From the IMG/VR virus record IMGVR_UViG_3300046471_000229: a DNA stretch of 64,000 nucleotides. One strand, written 5' to 3'. Source of the DNA: an uncultured virus (IMG/VR IMGVR_UViG_3300046471_000229). Its lineage: Duplodnaviria > Heunggongvirae > Uroviricota > Caudoviricetes. The notes under the pieces were generated by a model. That model saw only the letters and a program-made list of their open reading frames with translations. It did not search any database and was not told the origin of the DNA. Each line of letters begins with the position of its first letter. Positions within the stretch are counted from its first letter, which is position 1. This document shows, one piece after another, positions 37,034 through 46,787 of this stretch. The position numbers and the translations under genes are program-made.

Positions 37034-37639
37034 TTGATTTTAGATTACGGCAAACGAACGGAAAATTATCCAGGCATCAGAAGGCTTAAACAAATGGGTA
37101 CCCCTGACTATTCAGCTTTGAGACCAAAAAAGCTCGACAAACTTTACGCGGTGGTCGCGGCGTCGGGCATCGATGTCAGTGAATGGCACACCGGCAAAGG
37201 TCATTACGAGACCAACCCGAGCTTTTGCTTTCGTTGGGCATTTGTGGGGGAAAAAACCGCCCTGCTCTGCCTATGGGCGGACTCCATAAAATGCGTCGGC
37301 GGGGTCTGGACTTACGAGGGCAATGCCCGAGCTGACCAGCTTGAGCGTGCGGCTGCCGGCGCCGACCACTGGGATAAAGTCGTGCGTAATCGGGCGAGAC
37401 AGCGGGCCACAATTGCTTACCAAATTGACGAGGTTCTGAAGCAGGCTTACCGGAACAAGCTCGGCGTCAGAATCTGCATTGTTGATGCTCGTGCCAAGGT
37501 TTCTGAGTCCGAGATCACAAGAGCGGACTATCGCGAGCTCGACCCTGTGTCATGGCAATTGACCTACGACATGATGACGGGCGCCTACAGCGTTCGTCGC
37601 GACGTCGAGACTCAGCATTTTGAATCTGCTGTCGCCTGA
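37034..37639 (+). CDS. hypothetical protein
   Basis: 201-aa ORF. Confidence 0.6.
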   Translation: MILDYGKRTENYPGIRRLKQMGTPDYSALRPKKLDKLYAVVAASGIDVSEWHTGKGHYETNPSFCFRWAFVGEKTALLCLWADSIKCVGGVWTYEGNARADQLERAAAGADHWDKVVRNRARQRATIAYQIDEVLKQAYRNKLGVRICIVDARAKVSESEITRADYRELDPVSWQLTYDMMTGAYSVRRDVETQHFESAVA

Positions 37640-37828
37640 TGGATTATCAGTAGGTACTGGGTTACGCTCCCCCGAAGCACGCCACATCGATGGAAAGTCG
37701 GCGTGCTGACGAAACTTATGTTGCACCCGCCGTAGGCACGTAAGGCGGGCCGAAAGAGGCACGCGGCCTCCGGTCGACACCAAGCAAAATGACTCATCTA
37801 GCCAATGAGCCCTCTGAGGTGATTACGA

Positions 37829-38725
37829 ATGCCACACTCAAACGTAGGAATCACGCAGCAGCTCCTTGATCGATTTCAGCCTGGGAAAGATGCAAAGGCT
37901 GTTCTGTCCCATTGGAGACTAGGTTCATCAAGGAACGTTACGCCCGACGTGATTATCCTTTCCAACCTGCTCCACGATGGGTTTGCTCAAACGGAACGAG
38001 CCGTACGAACGCCGAGACCCGCCGTCGATATCATGGAGCCTTCCTTTTTGCTCAAGGAATTGCTCTACCGGTACCTCACAGAGGTGCTCGATCCTGAATT
38101 CATCAGCCACAGTCGAGTTCTATTCGACCAGGCGTACACCTATCGCCTATTGTCGTTGCAGGTGGCGAAGGACGTCCGCAAAATCATGCGTGAGAAGACC
38201 TTTCTGTCGTTACAAAAAGATGGCGCCAAGGCCATCGAAAAGAACGAGAAGCTCGGCTGGGATGTCTACTTCATGGGGGACGCTAATCGCCTTTTGCATG
38301 AAACGCTCGGACACAAGATCCGAGACCTGTATTTCTCGGGTGAGGTGCAATATGTACCAGGAATTGGCGCAGTCAAGCGCACGCTCAATCCGGCCAAAAT
38401 TGAAGTCTTCGAAGGCATTCGAAAAAGCCAGGAGGAGTCACTGGCCGTCATTGAGCAGATGAACAACAAGGAGCTGTGCCTCAGGTTGCTCAGAAGCTTT
38501 GAGGACACCCACGAAGCGAAACACCAGGGTGAGCCACCCATATACGGGGTGAAGACCATTTTTGCCTATGCCCCCATCCTCATTGATCGGCTGTTAAACG
38601 GTTGGAGCTTTGACAACAAATCGATGATAGAAACGCTGTCAGATCATCTGACCAGCGCAACGGCAGAGTTACAGGCCATCAAGGCCAGGTTTGATCGACT
38701 ACAGACCGCCGCTGAATGCCACTAA
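37829..38725 (+). CDS. hypothetical protein
   Basis: 298-aa ORF; GAGGT RBS. Confidence 0.7.
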   Translation: MPHSNVGITQQLLDRFQPGKDAKAVLSHWRLGSSRNVTPDVIILSNLLHDGFAQTERAVRTPRPAVDIMEPSFLLKELLYRYLTEVLDPEFISHSRVLFDQAYTYRLLSLQVAKDVRKIMREKTFLSLQKDGAKAIEKNEKLGWDVYFMGDANRLLHETLGHKIRDLYFSGEVQYVPGIGAVKRTLNPAKIEVFEGIRKSQEESLAVIEQMNNKELCLRLLRSFEDTHEAKHQGEPPIYGVKTIFAYAPILIDRLLNGWSFDNKSMIETLSDHLTSATAELQAIKARFDRLQTAAECH

Positions 38726-38802
38726 CCCAGCTGCACGCAGGAGCTAGAAAAAAATTGCCGCATTGAGGCTAATCGCGGATATTGTCCGGCGACCCAGGCG
38801 TT

Positions 38803-38829
38803 AAAAAACCCGGCATCAAGTCCGGGTTT
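38803..38829. terminator. terminator between convergent genes
   Basis: AAAAAACCCGG-N7-CCGGGTTT. Confidence 0.6.
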
Positions 38830-38851
38830 CGATTTAGCAGTTCAGGCTGTA

Positions 38852-39409
38852 TTAAGCGGCATCAGGCTTGGGGCTTTCATCGGCATCCCAGCGACGATCT
38901 AGCCACTTGTCGATGTCCTGCTCGATGTCCTTACCTGTGAGCGTGAAAAAGTATTTTGCTGCCTGCTTGGCCTTGTTCTTGATTTCCAAAAGTCCTTCTT
39001 CAGTAGCCTCTTTCGACGCCTGGTATGGTCTTCCCACGTTATGGATCAGGTTGTTGATGGAAAACTCCAGATCGTCAGCCTTCCTATGCTCAATCAAAGA
39101 TAGTTTATTGACCCTTCCGGCCCGCATTAGGCGCGTGGTCTTGATACTCTGGTAAATCATCCCTGGAAAAATACCGAAGGCCATCGGCGTTAGGATCATG
39201 ACACCTAAGAAAAAGGTCGAATAGTGGCATAGGAAAATTATGCCAAGGGTACCAATTGGAATTCGATAGTCGAAACGGCCAGTCGGAAAACAACTAGGAA
39301 GCCGTTGCGACTCGTAAAAACAGTAGCCCATCAGTGCGAAAAAGTAGACAGCAAAAATTGCCCAGCCAGTACCAAAGTGTTCAAAAGCAAAGAAATGACC
39401 ACTACCCAT
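38852..39409 (-). CDS. membrane protein
   Basis: N-terminal hydrophobic helices; locally AT-richer. Confidence 0.6.
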   Translation of the reverse strand: MGSGHFFAFEHFGTGWAIFAVYFFALMGYCFYESQRLPSCFPTGRFDYRIPIGTLGIIFLCHYSTFFLGVMILTPMAFGIFPGMIYQSIKTTRLMRAGRVNKLSLIEHRKADDLEFSINNLIHNVGRPYQASKEATEEGLLEIKNKAKQAAKYFFTLTGKDIEQDIDKWLDRRWDADESPKPDAA

Positions 39410-39517
39410 ATGTAAACCCCTTCTGACTTATTGTTATTTTTATGCAGTTGAAGCTGACTACTAATCATGCCATATCCGGATCTGACAAAGCTCACGAAAT
39501 TCATGGACAAAACATAG

Positions 39518-39539
39518 AAACGGGCCTTTCGGCCCGTTT
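39518..39539. terminator. intrinsic terminator
   Basis: AAACGGGCC-TTTC-GGCCCGTTT. Confidence 0.65.
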
Positions 39540-39557
39540 ACTGATTTTCTACCCGCG

Positions 39558-40511
39558 TTAAGGCGAAGGGCTATCGTCCTCGGGGGAAACCTCTGGCTTC
39601 CAGTCTTTTAGCCGCTTGGTCATTCCTACCAGATCCGATTGTAAGTCCCGGATGTCGGAGACAAGCCTGGCCTCGTAGGATCTGAATGAACTCGCCCACC
39701 GGGAACTGGCCTTGGTGATCGTCACTCTCTCGCCGGCAATTCGAATCGGCAGGCTTTCGATGGTATCTTTTTCCGCCTGCAATTGGATTGTGTGCGTCAA
39801 CCTCGCCTGGTGATTTTCGATCATCCACTGCAAGCCGGCGCTCGATACCTCGAGAGGCGGAAAATGAATGCCTGGGCAACTTGCGGTCTGCCCACCGTCG
39901 CCCGGTCGCTCATACCCGTGGTGCGCCATGTGGCTACCGACAACCGCGATAGGTCTGTTGCAGCACGGGCAGGTTTTGACCACCTTGTTCGGATTGACCT
40001 CTTTAGGAGGCTCAGTACTCGGAGCCCTACCCTTCACAATACTTGCTTTTAGAGAGTCAATCGTTGTGGCCAGTGGCATCAACTCAGCCAGCAGCTCGCG
40101 CATCGCATCGATCATGGGATGTGTCAGCTTGGTTTTCTGAATCTTCTTGTCTACGGAAGGTAGAGTATGGATACCCATAATCATGATCGAGAAATTCAAG
40201 TTCCGGACGTCTTCTGGCAGGCTCGCATGCTTCCCGCAATTGGAGTACACGTCGGAGATCTTCTCTTCCCACAGATCCATCGCGATATCGCTCGCCCAAC
40301 GCTTCACGTCTTTCATCTCGGTGTTGCGGATGGAACCGTTGAGAATTGAGCGATTCAAGGTCTCCATCACATTCTCGAACCGAACGATTTGACGCTCGGC
40401 GCCGCGACCCTTGCTCGAGTAAACGGATGGAAAATTTTCGCGAAGAATCATAAGTATCGCCCCATTTTCTTTAAGTATGACCTTGGCGACGCTTGCCCTA
40501 CCAGTCCTCAC
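39558..40511 (-). CDS. hypothetical protein with a Cys/His cluster and C-terminal DDSPSP (start may be 40451)
   Basis: TCPCC...HHGY...SCPG. Confidence 0.7.
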   Translation of the reverse strand: MRTGRASVAKVILKENGAILMILRENFPSVYSSKGRGAERQIVRFENVMETLNRSILNGSIRNTEMKDVKRWASDIAMDLWEEKISDVYSNCGKHASLPEDVRNLNFSIMIMGIHTLPSVDKKIQKTKLTHPMIDAMRELLAELMPLATTIDSLKASIVKGRAPSTEPPKEVNPNKVVKTCPCCNRPIAVVGSHMAHHGYERPGDGGQTASCPGIHFPPLEVSSAGLQWMIENHQARLTHTIQLQAEKDTIESLPIRIAGERVTITKASSRWASSFRSYEARLVSDIRDLQSDLVGMTKRLKDWKPEVSPEDDSPSP

Positions 40512-40582
40512 ACCGACAATTTGTTTGCAATGTTCAAGCGCTATACAATCTCTAAAAAATCCACGATCAAAAGGATCGGCTC

Positions 40583-41338
40583 ATGTACATCGAGATTCCC
40601 GGTTTTGAAGCAAGAGGTGTTTGGGAAATTACCCAGAAGGTCGGTAACCTGTCCGGCGCCGTCAACATTCACTCGATGGCCTATGACTCTGCAACCGGTA
40701 AGGCGCTTTGGCTTGGACAAGAAGTTGTTGGCAAAAAACTCATGCGCCATAGCCTGGGCTTTGGCCTGTCGCAAAAAATGAGCGAAGACGACGTTCTTTG
40801 CAGGATCCGTTACACCAACCTGGAAGACATCTTCGCAATCGAAGCAGTCTTCGCTGAAATGACGCGACTGATTCCGCTAATCGAGAGCGGTGAAGTGGCC
40901 CCGGAATCAGGCTATGTAGAGATTCACCGACAAGGTGCAGTGTTCGCGTTCAAAATGAACCTCAGCACCAACAGCGTCCTGGCCTACACACGCGGCGAAG
41001 ATGACAAACTTGAACCTGTTGGCTTGAAGACAGGTTCACCATTTACAAACTATCTCCAAATCCTTGTTATCACTCCGAATGGTGAAATTGATATCGGTGG
41101 CTATGACCTTTACTGCGGCATCGACTCTGCTCTTCGAGTGGCTCACGATTTCGAGGTCATGAGAGCGCTCATAGATGGCAAGCCTGAAGCTGAAATCCTG
41201 GCCATGAAGCCCATACGCGAGCCGGAACCCAGGCTGAAAATAGACTTAGGGGCGATAGCCGAAAAAGCGCTCGAAGATATGCTTTCCTCTATCGAAACAT
41301 CAGAAGAAGCCGAACCGGAAAAAACTGTGATTCATTGA
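40583..41338 (+). CDS. hypothetical protein
   Basis: 251-aa ORF; AGGA RBS. Confidence 0.7.
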   Translation: MYIEIPGFEARGVWEITQKVGNLSGAVNIHSMAYDSATGKALWLGQEVVGKKLMRHSLGFGLSQKMSEDDVLCRIRYTNLEDIFAIEAVFAEMTRLIPLIESGEVAPESGYVEIHRQGAVFAFKMNLSTNSVLAYTRGEDDKLEPVGLKTGSPFTNYLQILVITPNGEIDIGGYDLYCGIDSALRVAHDFEVMRALIDGKPEAEILAMKPIREPEPRLKIDLGAIAEKALEDMLSSIETSEEAEPEKTVIH

Positions 41339-41359
41339 CGCCGATGCTGTCATGGTCTG

Positions 41360-41385
41360 AAAAAACCCAGCTCGGCTGGGTTTTT
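41360..41385. terminator. bidirectional intrinsic terminator
   Basis: AAAAAACCCAGC-TCG-GCTGGGTTTTT between convergent genes. Confidence 0.85.
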
Positions 41386-41409
41386 CGTTTCAAGTGGCGG
41401 CTCGGTTAC

Positions 41410-42669
41410 CTAGCTGCACTGCGGTAGATCCCCCCACCGATAGGTGTAGCCCGGCGAGAGCATGTCCCGGCGCATCACCCAGTCTGGATCCGGTTTTAGC
41501 CTGGCGGAGTGAATCGCCTGACGGCCATACCGCAGATTGATCGTGTCCATCACCGCCCCGATCTTGTCAGAGCCTGCCGGCGCCGGCGCCGCAAACAAAT
41601 CCTCGGTGAATTCACCGCGCTGGTGAAGCCTGGTCAGCCGCACCGAACACTTCGAATACGCGTACCCCTTGCGATAGATACGCTCCAAGCCCGCCAGCGC
41701 CGCGCTCAGGAGGATTCGCGTGTCGTCGGAGGGATTGGTCAACTTCATGTCGATGCTGTTGTAATAGCGCTTAGAGGCCTCCTCGAATTGCCCGGTCTGT
41801 ACCGACACGCTCACCTGCTGACAGAGAGAACGCTGCGAGCGCATCTTTTCGGCAGCGACACTGGTGTAGCTCGCTGTGGCCTGGCGCAACTCATCCAGCA
41901 GATGAACGCGCTGCCCGAACATGCAGGACTTCATAATTTCCTGTTTCAGATCCGGGGCCTGGTGCATCTCCAGGCAGGCCTCGCCGGCGAGTTCCCTGGC
42001 GGTGCGTTCAACATTGACATTGAACATCTTGCGCAGCGACTTCCGGTCGTACCGGGACAAGTCCCAGGCCGTCTTGATGTTCATGATATCCAGGTGAGCA
42101 CCGAGCTTTCTGCCGATCCCCCACACTTCCCCAACGGGGGCTATGCGCAGCAGCTTTTCCTGCCGGTCTTTAGCCGTCAGATCGACCACCCCCTTGGTGC
42201 CCGGCCAGGTCTTCGATGCCCACTGCGCCAGCTTGGCCAGTGTTTTTGTCGTGGATATGCCCATACCCACCGGCATGCCGACGTCGCGCATGACCTTATC
42301 TTTTATCACAAAGCCCAACGCTTCCAAGCTCCCTGGAACGCCAGTTAGATCGGCCCAACATTCATCAATGCTGTAACACTCAATATCGGGTACTTGCGAA
42401 TGGATGGTCTGCATCACGCGGCGGGAGATGTCTGCGTATAGGGCGTAGTTGCTGGAGAACACGTTAACGCCCTCCTGGCGCAGGTAATCCTTCACCTGGA
42501 AGTACGGCACGCCCATCTTTACACCAAGCGCTTTGACCTGCTTGTTTCGGGCAATCACGCATCCGTCGTTGTTCGCGAGTACACAGACGGGCTTGTCCGT
42601 TAGGTCGGGTCGAAACAGCATTTCACACCGGGCGTAAAAGCTCTCACAGTCGATCAGTGCGATGACCAT
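41410..42669 (-). CDS. umuC: Y-family DNA polymerase V catalytic subunit (UmuC/RulB-like)
   Basis: DCESFYARCE, NNDGCVIAR, SSNYALYAD, YSIDE, WVMRRDMLSPGYT. Confidence 0.95.
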   Translation of the reverse strand: MVIALIDCESFYARCEMLFRPDLTDKPVCVLANNDGCVIARNKQVKALGVKMGVPYFQVKDYLRQEGVNVFSSNYALYADISRRVMQTIHSQVPDIECYSIDECWADLTGVPGSLEALGFVIKDKVMRDVGMPVGMGISTTKTLAKLAQWASKTWPGTKGVVDLTAKDRQEKLLRIAPVGEVWGIGRKLGAHLDIMNIKTAWDLSRYDRKSLRKMFNVNVERTARELAGEACLEMHQAPDLKQEIMKSCMFGQRVHLLDELRQATASYTSVAAEKMRSQRSLCQQVSVSVQTGQFEEASKRYYNSIDMKLTNPSDDTRILLSAALAGLERIYRKGYAYSKCSVRLTRLHQRGEFTEDLFAAPAPAGSDKIGAVMDTINLRYGRQAIHSARLKPDPDWVMRRDMLSPGYTYRWGDLPQCS

Positions 42670-43106
42670 CAGAACCTGGTCGCCCGCAGATCTCGAACCA
42701 CAAAGTCGACGACACCCCAGACGTTAACCTCCTCCGTTTTTTCGATGGCCACCCTCTCCCCGCAGGCGGATACCGTTACCAGGTTTAAAGCTCCAGCCTG
42801 CCCTTCGGCCAGGAAGACCCGATAGACCCCATCCGCAGCGAACACCGCGATCTTTCCCGGCGCCAGCTCGGTCTGACGATTCACAATCAACAGGTCACCC
42901 GCGTGCAGGCTCAGTCCAGCGAGCGCTTCACTTGTCAGGCGCCAGAAGAAGATATGGGGCGCCCCCAGGCCGGTGATCTCGTCGAGCGACAGTTGTAGTT
43001 GCTCGTAATCCGCAGCCGGCGAGCTGAAACCAGTGATCTTGATCTTTTCTGGGAGGTTGGCCAGGGTGCCGGATCGGCGTCCTGGTGAGATAAAGGCTTC
43101 TGACAT
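42669..43106 (-). CDS. umuD: UmuD/RulA-like subunit with catalytic Ser/Lys apparently substituted
   Basis: GFSSPAADY, GDLLIV, VWGVV; coupled to umuC; likely start MSEAF at 43106. Confidence 0.8.
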   Translation of the reverse strand: MSEAFISPGRRSGTLANLPEKIKITGFSSPAADYEQLQLSLDEITGLGAPHIFFWRLTSEALAGLSLHAGDLLIVNRQTELAPGKIAVFAADGVYRVFLAEGQAGALNLVTVSACGERVAIEKTEEVNVWGVVDFVVRDLRATRF

Positions 43107-43130
43107 GATGGCGGAGATCGGGGAGAAAGA

Positions 43131-43146
43131 CTGTATATCTATCCAG
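43131..43146. promoter_or_regulatory. LexA (SOS) box upstream of umuDC
   Basis: CTGTATATCTATCCAG = CTG-N10-CAG, about 25 bp upstream of the umuD start. Confidence 0.85.
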
Positions 43147-43221
43147 CAAATGGGTATCTTAGTCAAGCTCCGCCTGAAAATGGCACCTTGCAGCCGACTG
43201 AAGGCGTTTCAACAAGCTCAG

Positions 43222-44190
43222 TCAGCTCAATGGGTCGACTGGCGTCTCTATCGACACTTCCGTTGCCGCTATGTCAGCCCTCAATGCCACAAAAACCCCA
43301 TGCCTGACGCGCCCCTTGCGAGTGATTTCGGCAAACTTCACCTCGCAAACAAGAATGGGTTGTACCCAAATCACGTGCCTGACTGTCACTGCTCCCGGAT
43401 CGATCAGTGCGCTGGTGTCGGTCACGATGGGCTTGAGCGCCTTATGGACGCTTTGCAGATTCTTGGCGTTGAAGCCGGAACCTACCCTGCCCGCATACTT
43501 CAAGGCACCAGCATCGTCGTAGCTCGCAAGCAGCACTGATCCGAGCCCGGTCGCGGATTGGGTGAAGCCGACGATTACGAACTCCTGGCGATTCCGGCAT
43601 TTGAGCTTCAGCCAGTCGGTGCTCCTGCCGGAGAGGTATGGACTGCCGGCGCGTTTGCCAATCAGGCCCTCCAGATTCATGGCGCAGGCGGATGCCAGGA
43701 GTGACTCCACGGGCTGATCAAAATCCTCGGAGATCCGAACTTGTTCCGTCTCGTGGCCTGAGAGCAGTTTCTTGAGCTTCGCTCTGCGGAACTCAAGCTT
43801 CCTGGGCCTTAGGTCGGTCTTGTCGTAGAACATCAGATCAAACACGTACAGGACGAGCTCCCCGGTATTCTTCTGACCGATTGCCTCCTGTAGGGCGCCA
43901 AAGTCAGGCCGACCCTCGGCATCCTGCATGACCAACTCGCCATCCAGCCAGGCGTCCAGAAGGCCGAGCGACTCAACCGCCGCCGCGACGCTCTTGAACT
44001 TCGACGTCCAGTCAGCACCATTTTTCGTGTAAAGGGTTACCTTTCCAGCGTGAACCCTAGCCATCATTCGATAGCCGTCGAACTTTATTTCCCAGAAGTA
44101 CTTTCCATGGGGAGGCCTGGTCGCCAGCGAAGCGAGTTGAGGCGGGAACCTTGGAGGTAGTTCGGCGGATGATCCTTTGGTACTTGGCAT
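43222..44190 (-). CDS. ATP-dependent DNA ligase (LigD ligase + OB domains only)
   Basis: EIKFDGYR, LDGE, FDL, EGLIGK, WLKLK, YAGRVGSGF. Confidence 0.9.
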   Translation of the reverse strand: MPSTKGSSAELPPRFPPQLASLATRPPHGKYFWEIKFDGYRMMARVHAGKVTLYTKNGADWTSKFKSVAAAVESLGLLDAWLDGELVMQDAEGRPDFGALQEAIGQKNTGELVLYVFDLMFYDKTDLRPRKLEFRRAKLKKLLSGHETEQVRISEDFDQPVESLLASACAMNLEGLIGKRAGSPYLSGRSTDWLKLKCRNRQEFVIVGFTQSATGLGSVLLASYDDAGALKYAGRVGSGFNAKNLQSVHKALKPIVTDTSALIDPGAVTVRHVIWVQPILVCEVKFAEITRKGRVRHGVFVALRADIAATEVSIETPVDPLS

Positions 44191-44254
44191 GATCGTGAAC
44201 TACAGGCGGGCATGTGTAGTTGTGACCACCAGTTGGTTGCGTGATTCAAATCTG

Positions 44255-44779
44255 TTAAATCGAGAACACGCCTTCGCTCAAACTTTCCGGAGGTCGGCTA
44301 ACCACCGGGTTGCTGACTGGGCATTTTGGCGGCGGTACAACATCCTCAGGTAGAACCTCGTCCGTAGGTATCCCCTTTAGTCGTAAAGCGTGTATGACGG
44401 ATCGGCGGTAAAGCGGCAACTCAAAAAAACTCGACACGCCCTCCGGGCACTCCGCGTCGTAGAAGCGCCGCTCTGAATGATCCGCGACGAAAACATGCCC
44501 ACCGACATCAATAGTGTCCATCTCTTCGGCAGACAACCCTTCAGGTGGCGCAATGCCCCAAAACTTGTGCAAAAGCGGCCAATCCCATCCGCCATCATCA
44601 GTCTGAAAATTGCCGCCTTCAACATCATACAAATGGGCTGGTGATCCTAGCTGGAGTACCACCATGATTGCGAATTCATCGCATAAGCCATTGTTGATTT
44701 CAAAGTATGAGGGTACGCCATTGGTGCGCAAAAACTCATCTCGGAGTCGTCTTATCGTAGAACCAATGATTTCACTCAT
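44255..44779 (-). CDS. papain/transglutaminase-like fold protein (putative Cys-His-Asp triad)
   Basis: INNGLCDEFA...GHVFV...FYDAECPEGV; likely start MSEII at 44779. Confidence 0.5.
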   Translation of the reverse strand: MSEIIGSTIRRLRDEFLRTNGVPSYFEINNGLCDEFAIMVVLQLGSPAHLYDVEGGNFQTDDGGWDWPLLHKFWGIAPPEGLSAEEMDTIDVGGHVFVADHSERRFYDAECPEGVSSFFELPLYRRSVIHALRLKGIPTDEVLPEDVVPPPKCPVSNPVVSRPPESLSEGVFSI

Positions 44780-44888
44780 AGCGACCCCTAGACTTTCAGA
44801 TTGTGAAATGACACGCGATCCTTTGGCGTGTGTACGCAGGATGGCTTTTATACAGTCTATGGGGTGCGGATATCGCGGTTCAAACGGG

Positions 44889-45254
44889 TCAGTTGCGAGC
44901 CGGAGGTTCCACGTGATCTTGGCAGGCAACACGGATCCATGGGCCGCGTACCATAGCACCAGGCTTGCCGCAGGTGTCGCAGGTTTTGGCCGACTTCGCT
45001 TCAGCCTCAGTGATGAACTCCCGGCAAGCCGAATCACCGCCCGATTTATAAAACCGCAGCGTACCGAACTTTTCCTTTATCTGATCCGCGACCACTTGCT
45101 GGCAGCCTGACTCGTCGACCCTGGCCTGAATTTTAGCCAGGGCCTCATCCAGCAGGTCGTACCAGCCATCTCCAAGCTCAAAGCACCTGAACCGCCCCCC
45201 GGTGAGAATCTTCGGATACTTGCTTTTGAGTTGCTCGCTCAGCTCTTTTTTCAT
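44889..45254 (-). CDS. phage-type conserved hypothetical protein
   Basis: GDGWY...QIKEKFGTLRFY...CDTCG...C..H. Confidence 0.7.
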   Translation of the reverse strand: MKKELSEQLKSKYPKILTGGRFRCFELGDGWYDLLDEALAKIQARVDESGCQQVVADQIKEKFGTLRFYKSGGDSACREFITEAEAKSAKTCDTCGKPGAMVRGPWIRVACQDHVEPPARN

Positions 45255-45406
45255 GACTTGCTCCTGCGCACTTCGGCGCGTCTGGGTAACGGAATTGTGC
45301 AGCTATTTATAGCCATGGATAGGTATTGGCGCGATCTAACAATGATGGTAAATTGCCCGCCTCTTGCAAAAAACCCTTGATTCAGCCACCTATCGAGCCG
45401 GAAAAG

Positions 45407-45781
45407 ATGTCGACCTCTCCATGCACGTCCTGCGGCGCCTGCTGCGCGTTTTTCCGTGTCTCGTTCTTCTGGGGCGAGTGCCAATCAAGCGGTGGGACTG
45501 TCCCTGACGACACCGTTGAGCTTGTCACGCCGAGCCTGGTGGCGATGCGTGGCACCAGCCAACCGAATCCACGTTGCACCAAGCTTGCCGGCGAGATCGG
45601 TGAAGATGTTCGCTGCACCATGTACGAACAACGCTCCTCGTCCTGCCGTGATTTCGATGCGTCCTGGGAAAATGGCGAGCACAATCCACGGTGCGACGAT
45701 GCTAGGGCAAAACACGGGTTGCCGCCACTGTCGCCGCAGCCTGTGATCAACCACATCCCCGTGCTTCAGTTGAGAAGCTGA
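45407..45781 (+). CDS. YkgJ-family cysteine cluster protein
   Basis: CTSCGACC...C...CTMYEQRSSSCRDF. Confidence 0.85.
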   Translation: MSTSPCTSCGACCAFFRVSFFWGECQSSGGTVPDDTVELVTPSLVAMRGTSQPNPRCTKLAGEIGEDVRCTMYEQRSSSCRDFDASWENGEHNPRCDDARAKHGLPPLSPQPVINHIPVLQLRS

Positions 45782-46113
45782 TTCTCAAGGTAGTACGTGG
45801 CTTCTTGCGTTGTTACGGCGGTTTCGGTGGTCACCACTTGAGCTTCCTTGATCCAGCAATGCAGATCCACCGTATCGGCGATGATTTTGGTGAGCTTCTT
45901 TCGGCCCAGGGCCGTGACGAAGGCTTTGGTGACAAACACGTAGACATCCACGCCGCCATTTTTGTGTCCGGAGTAGCCTTGGCGGCGAAGTTCATTGCGC
46001 AACCAGGGGCGGAAGTTCAAAGGCGTGACGGCTGCGCCGGCGTTGACTATCGTTGCATACCGCTCGTTAGACATGCTGTTCTCACTGACCTTAGGCTTCT
46101 GTGGCATGGCCAC
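45766..46113 (-). CDS. hypothetical protein
   Basis: 115-aa ORF. Confidence 0.5.
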   Translation of the reverse strand: MAMPQKPKVSENSMSNERYATIVNAGAAVTPLNFRPWLRNELRRQGYSGHKNGGVDVYVFVTKAFVTALGRKKLTKIIADTVDLHCWIKEAQVVTTETAVTTQEATYYLENQLLN

Positions 46114-46282
46114 GGCGCCGGCATTGATTGATTCTCAGCCACATCATATCGGACGGCTAATCACCGTCAATTGATGTAAAATATTGAAGACGGCCAAAAA
46201 TCGCAGATTTCTTGATTGCCGGCTGGAGTCCTAAGCACCTTGGAGGTCGAATGAAGTACATCCACGATAAGAGCTCTCGATT

Positions 46283-46645
46283 GTGTTACTCAATCGGAGA
46301 AGCACAATGTCCAGAACCATCCGCCGCACCCGCGTCGCCACCACCATGCGCGGTTACATCGATCTTGAGATCCTGAAAAGCCGTCATGACTTTGAAGGTG
46401 ATGAAGATTACAGCCAGTATGTCCAGCTGGCGCTGATCGACTTTCACCGTGACAAGCACAGGCCAATGAGCCGGTTTGATGTGTATTCCACTGGGGTGCC
46501 ACGCTGCGTGCGCATCATAGACGTGAAGCGTCAATCACGCGAAAGCGCAGCAATCCTGCGCAAGGCCGTGGAGCGCAATGATTTCGATGTCGTGCTGCCC
46601 CTGCTAGGGAAACGCGCCTTCGACGCTTGGTTCATGTACTGGTAG
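46283..46645 (+). CDS. phage-type hypothetical protein (start probably MSRTIRR at 46307)
   Basis: GGAG RBS; followed by a hairpin and T-run. Confidence 0.6.
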   Translation: MLLNRRSTMSRTIRRTRVATTMRGYIDLEILKSRHDFEGDEDYSQYVQLALIDFHRDKHRPMSRFDVYSTGVPRCVRIIDVKRQSRESAAILRKAVERNDFDVVLPLLGKRAFDAWFMYW

Positions 46646-46787
46646 CAGAAGGCCCCGAAGAGTTCGAGCTCCTAGGGGCTTTTTTCTGGTCGGAAACATG
46701 GCGAACACCAGTGCAGAGTTGATGATAATTAGCTATCATTAAACCCGTTGCATACCTTCTGCCGGCCTTCCGAATTGAGCCCAAATC

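Noticed and set aside
43128..43146. Self-targeting of the umuD SOS box by the AGACTGTA-starting spacers
   Set aside because: The match is only 8 nt, which is expected by chance in 64 kb. I found no convincing in-window protospacer by eye; a computational search is still needed.
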